Source: a virus
Reading direction: 5' to 3' (one strand)
DNA length: 48,678 bases
IMG/VR virus record: IMGVR_UViG_3300045988_107955
The translations under genes were made by a program, and so were the position numbers. Shown here piece after piece: positions 42,507 to 48,678 of the stretch (the first letter of the stretch is position 1; the number at the start of each line of letters is the position of its first letter). A model generated the notes under the pieces. That model was not told where the DNA came from. It did not search any database and saw only the letters and a list, made by a program, of their open reading frames with translations.

Positions 42507-44681
42507 CTAATTTAAGTGATTATACTTAAGATAAGTTCTTAAAATAACATCTGCTTGCATTGAACCAGTAATTTCTACTAGATGCTCACCACTTCTAAAG
42601 ATTTTCTTTTGTTGTTCTTCAGTGAGTGCTGTAGCTCCTAACATAACATCATAACCATGATTAGGTTTATCATCTGGGAATACTGAGTATTTGTCAATCC
42701 ATTTACCATCATATTGAGCTTTAAACATAGGTGTAAAGTCAATACCATCAATCTTAACCTTGATGTCTACTGCAAACTTAGCTACATAGTTCCTAGTAAG
42801 TGAGCCATCAGTATTACCTATACTCTTACCACCTGCTACTTCAGGAGGATAGATAAGGTGTCTACCACCACTGAGCATATCATCCATAGTTCTCTGTCTT
42901 TCAACTACAAACCTTTGACCTGATACATTCTGCTCTAGTGTAGTTACTGTATCACCGTTAATAGCTTTAATAACACCAGTATGTCCATAAGGACTGTATT
43001 GATTGGTTTCAGTAAAGATAGCTCCTACCTTCATAGCTTCTCTAGATGTAGGTACTACCTTCCATCCTACAGCATTCCAATCATAACCAATACCAATGTT
43101 ACTAGCTGATAGTGTGTCACCTATGGCATGAGTAATTCCAGTTATACCACCACCAAGACCTACACCACCTAGTTTCATTGAGTACCAAGCTACAAGACCA
43201 TAACACTCACCATTACCTAGTGTAGTACCTTTAAGAGAGTCTAACTCACCAAGTACCTTCATAGTCTCTGTAGCTGTCTGTACCTCTCCTGTAGCTCCAT
43301 TAGGTTCACCACTACTAGCAGTACCAACAATACCACCAAAGTCAGACATTCCTGAACCTCTATTGTTGTTACCATCTGATTGTCCTCCACCACCTGATGA
43401 GTGGAATACAGTACCAGTATTCATGCTATCAGTAGGCTTAAATGAGATGTGAACATGGTCTCCATGATTTTGAGTCTTATTACCTCTATCAGGCATTAAG
43501 CTCCATACTCTAGCAGGCCCATAGATATTATTGACATTCATGAAGAACTTCTGACCCCATATTACATAGTCAATATTAAGTTCATCCATGTTCTCAATAA
43601 CAAAACCTGCAATAGTATCACCAAGTCTATAGTTATCATTAGTCATGAAGTCTACTGCTAGTGATTGGTCTGGTTGGTGTCCTGGGTAAGTAATGAATTG
43701 CTCTTCAGGTGTATTGGTAGCAATAGCTATGGCTCTTTTAACTCTAGCTACATGAGGTTGCCATGCACCTGTAGCTCCATCCCAATGGCTTCTAATGATG
43801 TCTCCAAAGGCATTACCATCAATAAGGTCATAGTAACCATTAGAACCATCAGAAGCATTTGTAGGCTGTAGTAACTGTGCATCAATCTTATCTAGGATAT
43901 TATCATTGTTTAAGTTAATACCTGACCTTACACCATTTGCTAGAGAGTTATAAGAAGCATACCCTGCGGCAGCATAGTCAAACAAAGCTCCACCAATTTG
44001 AAAGAGTCCTTTCATAAACTCATCAAATGTAGTTTTACCTTGGACATTATACATCTTTTGGTTGTTACCTGCAGTTTGTTCAGCTAACAGATACATGTAG
44101 TCAATTAGGAAGTCATCTACAGAAGCAAAGTGCATATATGTACCACCTTCATTAGAAGGTCTAGCACTACCTGTAGTAACTACAACACCTGAAGGTCTAG
44201 TACCTGCAGTACCAGTAATACCACCCCAGTTATTATCAGCTTTAGCTACTGCTGAGTTACCCCAGTTAGACTCAATATAAAGTTGGACAATAACACCTGA
44301 AGGAAGTAGATTGTACTTAGCACATCCATCAAGGATAGTCTGTACTAAACTTGCAGGAAGTGTATTACCACCATAAGTAATATCACCACCAGTATACTTC
44401 TTATCACCACCAAAAGCTGAGCCTTTAGTAGAACCACCTTCTTTAAGTCCTGTCTTAACTCCATAAGGTCTAACAATGATTTTAAACCACCAATGAGCAA
44501 ACTTATCAAAGTCATAAGATATTGATGTATAGAACTGAGCAGGAACATTACTTGTCATTACTGATTGATACTCAATACCATGCAAGTCAGTTACTGAGAA
44601 CCTTCTTTGAAACCCTTGTCTTCTCCATCTCTCTGTAGATGAATTGACTGCATTTAAGAGCTTCTGTGCTTCTGTCTGCAT
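42507..44681 (-). CDS. Virion-associated peptidoglycan hydrolase with three putative catalytic domains
   Basis: Glucosaminidase-like YIESNWGNSAVAKADNNWGGI. Metallopeptidase-like NHGDHVHISF. C-terminal CHAP GNGECYGLVAWY...GHTGVIKA. It sits in the baseplate module. Confidence 0.75.
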   Translation of the reverse strand: MQTEAQKLLNAVNSSTERWRRQGFQRRFSVTDLHGIEYQSVMTSNVPAQFYTSISYDFDKFAHWWFKIIVRPYGVKTGLKEGGSTKGSAFGGDKKYTGGDITYGGNTLPASLVQTILDGCAKYNLLPSGVIVQLYIESNWGNSAVAKADNNWGGITGTAGTRPSGVVVTTGSARPSNEGGTYMHFASVDDFLIDYMYLLAEQTAGNNQKMYNVQGKTTFDEFMKGLFQIGGALFDYAAAGYASYNSLANGVRSGINLNNDNILDKIDAQLLQPTNASDGSNGYYDLIDGNAFGDIIRSHWDGATGAWQPHVARVKRAIAIATNTPEEQFITYPGHQPDQSLAVDFMTNDNYRLGDTIAGFVIENMDELNIDYVIWGQKFFMNVNNIYGPARVWSLMPDRGNKTQNHGDHVHISFKPTDSMNTGTVFHSSGGGGQSDGNNNRGSGMSDFGGIVGTASSGEPNGATGEVQTATETMKVLGELDSLKGTTLGNGECYGLVAWYSMKLGGVGLGGGITGITHAIGDTLSASNIGIGYDWNAVGWKVVPTSREAMKVGAIFTETNQYSPYGHTGVIKAINGDTVTTLEQNVSGQRFVVERQRTMDDMLSGGRHLIYPPEVAGGKSIGNTDGSLTRNYVAKFAVDIKVKIDGIDFTPMFKAQYDGKWIDKYSVFPDDKPNHGYDVMLGATALTEEQQKKIFRSGEHLVEITGSMQADVILRTYLKYNHLN

Positions 44682-46367
44682 CTATACCTCCTTATCGTTA
44701 TATAAGTATTTCTCTACGGTTAATTTAAAGCTTGTGAATCCTTCATAGGTAGTAGTAACTAGAATCTCTGAGATGTAGAAGTAATCATCCTTAGACATTA
44801 CTTTCTTGAAGTATTTAGAACACTTCTCAGATTTAAGTAGTCTGTCTACAAATGTCAATCTTACCTTATCCCCTACATTGTAGTTATTAGGTAAGTCTTT
44901 GATGTCAAAGGTATAACCTACTTTTCTTCTACTATGGATAAGCTTCCTTACTGCTTGTGTGTAAAGTTGTCTACTAGCTACAAGTCTGTCTTCATCTGAT
45001 AGCTCTTTGTTATTGTTAGCTACAGGTTGGACATCATTAGATGTGAATGATTGCTCATATACCCTACCTGCTTCAAGAGCTAGACCTTCTTTATCTAGTA
45101 CAGCATAGTCACCATTATTGTTAGCTCCAAAAGGAATCAAATCAATATAGTCATAACTACGCTCAGTATTTACTTCCTCACCAGTAAGTATAACAGGAAA
45201 GTCAGGATTCTGTAGATAAGGTCTATTATAGACATCTCTAAGAGTAAGAGTAGTAGTACCTGAGTCTGACTTATCTGTAAGATAGATACCATAGTTAGTA
45301 ATTGTAGTGAAGTCTCTTTGAGTTACTAGCTCATTACCTAACAAGTTAGTTTCATTAACCATTAACTCTTTATATTGACCAAACCTACCAATCTCAATAG
45401 TTCTTTCTTCAGTAAGTGATACTCTCCAAAAGACATCCTCAGTCTGTTTACATACATCTGTAAGAGCTTGTAGCTTATCCTGATTAGAGAATAGGTAAGT
45501 GATAACAATATCATCTGTACCTTCTTCAGTGAACTTATAAGTCCAATTCTCATCATTGAACATACCACTAAGCTTAGATAACTCAACATAGTTTACTGAG
45601 ATACCATCATCTTTAGTAGTATTTTCGCCTTTATCTACATCCTTGTCCTCTTTAGGCTTTTCAGTAGTTACTTCAGTCTTACCTTTATTGTAACCATCTT
45701 TAGTAGTTACTGTAGTAGTAACAGTACCATCAGGTCTAGTAGTTACTGTAGTTTGAGTATAAGCTCCTTTACCAGTAACTACCTTAGTAATGTGACTGAC
45801 TACTTCTCTTGTAGTACCATCTGACATCTCATAAGTAGTTGTCTTAGTCTTACTACCATCTTCATTGTAGACTGTGTTAATGGTCTTGTTACCAGTCTTA
45901 GTAACCTTCTTCTCTTCAGGTTCTTCATCTTTCTTATCTTCTTCTCTAGGTTTTTGGTTAGAGATAATCTCTCCACCTTCACCCATTGAAGCAGGTCTAA
46001 TATACTCATCATAAGTATATATTTCACCTAGTGTAAGTTCTTTGATGGCATAGTTTGTAGGTACTCTTCTATGTTGAAGTTCAGTAGCTACATGGACTGC
46101 CTGAATAGTAGTAACACCAGTAACATGGTCTGAATCAATTCTTTCAGTAATACCATGAAAGATATGACCATTATCAAAGGTTAGAACAAACTCAAATTGT
46201 GCATCAGGAATAGGACTATCCATAAGCACTTCAGTAGGAAGTTGGAAACTAATACTAGGTGTATCCATAATTTTATGGCTTACACTAATATTGTTTCCTA
46301 GGAATACATCATTAGTTATGTAGTGTCTAGTGTCCTTAGTTGGTTTCCAATACAGAGTCAGGGACAT
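44682..46367 (-). CDS. Baseplate hub / Tal-like protein with Thr-rich insertion (561 aa)
   Basis: Sits in the baseplate position before the virion lysin, with GGAGG 9 nt upstream of the ATG. An internal low-complexity segment reads TKTTTYEMSDGTTREV...TVTTRPDGTVTTTVTTKDG. Confidence 0.45.
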   Translation of the reverse strand: MSLTLYWKPTKDTRHYITNDVFLGNNISVSHKIMDTPSISFQLPTEVLMDSPIPDAQFEFVLTFDNGHIFHGITERIDSDHVTGVTTIQAVHVATELQHRRVPTNYAIKELTLGEIYTYDEYIRPASMGEGGEIISNQKPREEDKKDEEPEEKKVTKTGNKTINTVYNEDGSKTKTTTYEMSDGTTREVVSHITKVVTGKGAYTQTTVTTRPDGTVTTTVTTKDGYNKGKTEVTTEKPKEDKDVDKGENTTKDDGISVNYVELSKLSGMFNDENWTYKFTEEGTDDIVITYLFSNQDKLQALTDVCKQTEDVFWRVSLTEERTIEIGRFGQYKELMVNETNLLGNELVTQRDFTTITNYGIYLTDKSDSGTTTLTLRDVYNRPYLQNPDFPVILTGEEVNTERSYDYIDLIPFGANNNGDYAVLDKEGLALEAGRVYEQSFTSNDVQPVANNNKELSDEDRLVASRQLYTQAVRKLIHSRRKVGYTFDIKDLPNNYNVGDKVRLTFVDRLLKSEKCSKYFKKVMSKDDYFYISEILVTTTYEGFTSFKLTVEKYLYNDKEV

Positions 46368-46920
46368 TACCGAATACCTCCACAGCTCTAGCCATTACAG
46401 CTTCTTCAGACATATCTTCACTCTTTGATTCTACATTAGACATGATTTCATTCATCTCTTCCTGAGACCTAATAGAATCTGCAAAGCAAGCACTACATGG
46501 TTGAGGATAGAATCCTAGGAATCCTGCTACAACTACATTGAACAACTCTACTGCAGAATGATAGATTTCTTCTACCTCTACATTATTCATGTCTACTTGC
46601 CAAGCTTCAAAAGCAGTAATCATTTGAACTGAAGCATGTTTAAGTGAACACCACAAGTCAGGGTTAGCATCCTCAGTAGAAAGGCTCTGTAAGGCTCTCA
46701 TAACGCTTCTACGCTGTTCTGTAGTTCTCTCTAGTGTTTCCTTCGCAAACTGCAGTTTCTTTGTTAGAGAGCCTCTCACAGCCTCATCTGATGTTCCTTT
46801 AACATAGAGTAAAGAGTAATACTTTTCTACTGTAAGTCTGAAGTGATATTCAAGAGCTACAGTGTTGATTAAGTTGGTAAGTAGTTCTTCTGTTAGTCCT
46901 ACTGATGATTGTTTGTTCAT
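46336..46920 (-). CDS. Acidic helical hypothetical protein (194 aa) between Dit-like and Tal-like genes
   Basis: Coupled to both neighbours. No motif recognised. Confidence 0.45.
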   Translation of the reverse strand: MNKQSSVGLTEELLTNLINTVALEYHFRLTVEKYYSLLYVKGTSDEAVRGSLTKKLQFAKETLERTTEQRRSVMRALQSLSTEDANPDLWCSLKHASVQMITAFEAWQVDMNNVEVEEIYHSAVELFNVVVAGFLGFYPQPCSACFADSIRSQEEMNEIMSNVESKSEDMSEEAVMARAVEVFGNVPDSVLETN

Positions 46921-48056
46921 TAGATTGTCAACCTTTCATAGTCAATAAATACACAGAATGATTCTGAGGTAACACCATCAACTGAGATGATATTATATCC
47001 TCTCTTGATATGCCACCATACATTATCACAAAGTGTTAGATTCTCATTACTTACAACTTCAGCTTCTCCACATAAAGCATCTGTAGGACAGCTAAATGAC
47101 TGAACTAAACCAGTGCTTGAAATAGACAGATAACCTTGGTCATAAGTACCTTTAAGCTTAACCATAGTATCATTAATCATGATTCTAGGGTCTTTAAATT
47201 TACCTTGTAGAGTAATTGTTACATCTCTAGACTCAACTACAGTGTCAGAATAGAACTTGGTAGACCAAGCACCATCCACACAAGCATCACAGTGAGATTC
47301 ACCCCAAAGTCTTTCATCACCAAACCTTTCTCTACCAAGTTCACAGTTATGGATAATACGGTAGTCACTATTACATTTCTGATAGAAACTTAACCATACA
47401 TCACCTTGGACTTCACATAGAGAAATAGCTTTAGATAATTCACAGCAATCTTTAGCACAGTCCTCACAAGTACCATTCAAGGTTCGTGAAGTCTGACAGA
47501 AAGCTTGACATGTAGCATTATGAAAACAACTAGCTATCATGTTTACAAAGTTACAGTCAGCATAAGGAAGAAGGAAAGTAGTATATCCATCTGCCTTGTG
47601 CCATACTGCATCAGGGTTAGTAAAAGCTACTTGAAAGCTTAAGTATCCGTTGTCTCTCATAGTCCACTCATAAGTAGGTGTATAAGAGTCTAGGATAGCA
47701 TTACACCATATAAGCTGACCACCAGTGTCAATAGCCCAAAGCTTACCTACTGTCAATAAGTTATCCTTAATGAAGTCTTGGTGAGCTTGGATATTAACCA
47801 TATCCCAATCTGTAGTTCTAATTGATAAGTCTAGAGTAATCTTATCATCTTTAAGGAGAACTTGGTCTCCTGTAATTTTCCAATAACTACCATTCCTAAA
47901 CATGTACTCTGTAGTTTCATACTTAGTAGTTATTGATTCTGAAGGACTAGAGTTAATAGCTTCAGTACCACTAAACACTAGGTCATTGTATTGAATGAAC
48001 CTTCTAGGTCTAGCTACAAAGTCTGAAGTTGACCTAGCACCTAAACATGTTGTCAT
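46920..48056 (-). CDS. Distal tail protein (Dit) position; exceptionally Cys-rich (378 aa)
   Basis: First gene after the tape measure, with a 4-nt overlap. It has 19 Cys by hand count, many clustered (CFHNATCQAFCQTSRTLNGTCEDCAKDCCELSKAISLC). Confidence 0.5.
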   Translation of the reverse strand: MTTCLGARSTSDFVARPRRFIQYNDLVFSGTEAINSSPSESITTKYETTEYMFRNGSYWKITGDQVLLKDDKITLDLSIRTTDWDMVNIQAHQDFIKDNLLTVGKLWAIDTGGQLIWCNAILDSYTPTYEWTMRDNGYLSFQVAFTNPDAVWHKADGYTTFLLPYADCNFVNMIASCFHNATCQAFCQTSRTLNGTCEDCAKDCCELSKAISLCEVQGDVWLSFYQKCNSDYRIIHNCELGRERFGDERLWGESHCDACVDGAWSTKFYSDTVVESRDVTITLQGKFKDPRIMINDTMVKLKGTYDQGYLSISSTGLVQSFSCPTDALCGEAEVVSNENLTLCDNVWWHIKRGYNIISVDGVTSESFCVFIDYERLTI

Positions 48057-48678
48057 GGTCTAACTACCCCCTTAATTTCACTTAAACCATTGATGAATGA
48101 AGCTTTATTATCTACATTCTGAGTAATGTTGTTAGTAGTATTGTTAACTACAGAGTGCCCTGTATGTCCTGCTAGAGCTTTAAGAGCTTGTGTAAGATTC
48201 ATTTGATTTAGGTTATCAAGGAATTGCTTACCTAACATGGATGATACTGAACGTTTAAGTACATATTCACCTGCAGTTAACATAGCAGGAATAGTATCAG
48301 TACCTAGTGAAGCAAAGCTTCTTCTACCTACTACACCACCTGTAGAGTGGTACTCAGGAATAATACCTCCATGCTGTCTTTTCTTGGTACTCTTAACTGT
48401 AGTTTCATTGATAGTAATATCAACTGTCTTACCTCTAAGAGAATCAATAGCTGACTGAATTTGTTGGATTTTGTTAAGTACAGAACTTACATCAAAACCA
48501 TCAGCAATCTTACTAGAGATTGAAGCACCTAAAGCTTCCCAACCAAGGTTCTCAATTTGATTTTTTTGTTCATTCATCTTGTCAACAATTCTACTTCCTA
48601 GTCCTGATACAAAACCATTAGAGAAGTTAGTACCTGATTGTTGACCAAGTGTTGAAGCCATTGAAGCAAACTGAGCTA
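48053..48678 (-). CDS. Tail tape measure protein, C-terminal part, continuing from base 1 (non-redundant portion 48053-48559)
   Basis: The frame of track ORF 48053-48661 matches the frame leaving base 1, since 48559 is a codon start. The Met at 48661 is internal (…AQFASMASTLGQQSG…). Confidence 0.85.
   Translation of the reverse strand, partial: AQFASMASTLGQQSGTNFSNGFVSGLGSRIVDKMNEQKNQIENLGWEALGASISSKIADGFDVSSVLNKIQQIQSAIDSLRGKTVDITINETTVKSTKKRQHGGIIPEYHSTGGVVGRRSFASLGTDTIPAMLTAGEYVLKRSVSSMLGKQFLDNLNQMNLTQALKALAGHTGHSVVNNTTNNITQNVDNKASFINGLSEIKGVVRP
48560..48678. repeat. Second copy of the 119-bp terminal duplication
   Basis: Identical to 1-119. Confidence 0.95.

Noticed and set aside
5048-48458. 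Numerous 60-170-aa ORFs nested in or antisense to larger genes: 5048, 5170, 5831, 9589, 9874, 12733, 13438, 14970, 21601, 22394, 22794, 26265, 27792, 28096, 30244, 30868, 31360, 31913, 36539, 36858, 37598, 37786, 41406, 41808, 43665, 44345, 45362, 45800 and 48237.
   Set aside because: Each is fully embedded in a longer ORF that has motif or synteny support. They lack an RBS and have skewed, low-complexity compositions expected from off-frame translation of AT-rich coding DNA.
48560-48678. The 119-bp end repeat as a genuine direct terminal repeat of the virion DNA.
   Set aside because: It lies in the middle of the essential tape-measure ORF and preserves the frame. An assembler overlap on a circular or permuted assembly is the simpler explanation. 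The true termini cannot be read from the sequence alone.

Overview
The window is a complete, circularly closed genome of a low-GC tailed phage. Its unique length is 48,559 bp, because bases 1-119 recur exactly at 48560-48678. The join falls inside the tape-measure gene, which is therefore split across the window ends.

Layout:
- A minus-strand late operon runs 16505 down to 1, wraps to 48678, and continues down to 34049. It encodes small and large terminase, portal, a ClpP-like protease-scaffold fusion, capsid, neck proteins, a tube candidate, a 1662-aa tape measure, baseplate proteins, a three-domain virion lysin, four Cys-capped fibre-like proteins, two membrane/holin genes, a CHAP+GH25 endolysin and a secreted cargo protein.
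- A plus-strand early/replication operon runs 20282-33690. It encodes small takeover genes, several XRE-type HTH proteins, an HTH-fused PD-(D/E)XK nuclease, a Sak4-like ATPase, an SSB-like protein, a DUF3310-like protein, dUTPase, one 1269-aa primase-helicase-PolA fusion, an HD hydrolase and a RuvC-like resolvase.
- Two large ORF-free control regions separate the operons.

No integrase, repressor/lysogeny module, reverse transcriptase or CRISPR array is visible. The endolysin architecture and an antigen I/II-like fibre suggest a Streptococcus or other Lactobacillales host; this rests on motif memory, not a search.

Most notable observations:
1. An RNA island at 16.5-18.3 kb on the minus strand, directly upstream of the terminase genes. 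It holds five near-consensus promoters in series, four intrinsic terminators, three tiny ORF-free transcription units, a ~0.8 kb hairpin-dense large ncRNA candidate (GOLLD/ROOL class by context), and tRNA-Cys and tRNA-Arg.
2. A tRNA-like element at 24549-24671 with an acceptor stem and canonical T-arm but no D-arm or anticodon loop.
3. A fibre protein with a strict Tyr heptad helix plus a proline-rich repeat, as in streptococcal antigen I/II.
4. Five phased GGGTTGCA promoter-like boxes feeding a ~0.9 kb G-depleted non-coding stretch.
5. A one-polypeptide primase-helicase-exonuclease-polymerase.

All functional calls rest on hand-read motifs and synteny. No database search was possible.
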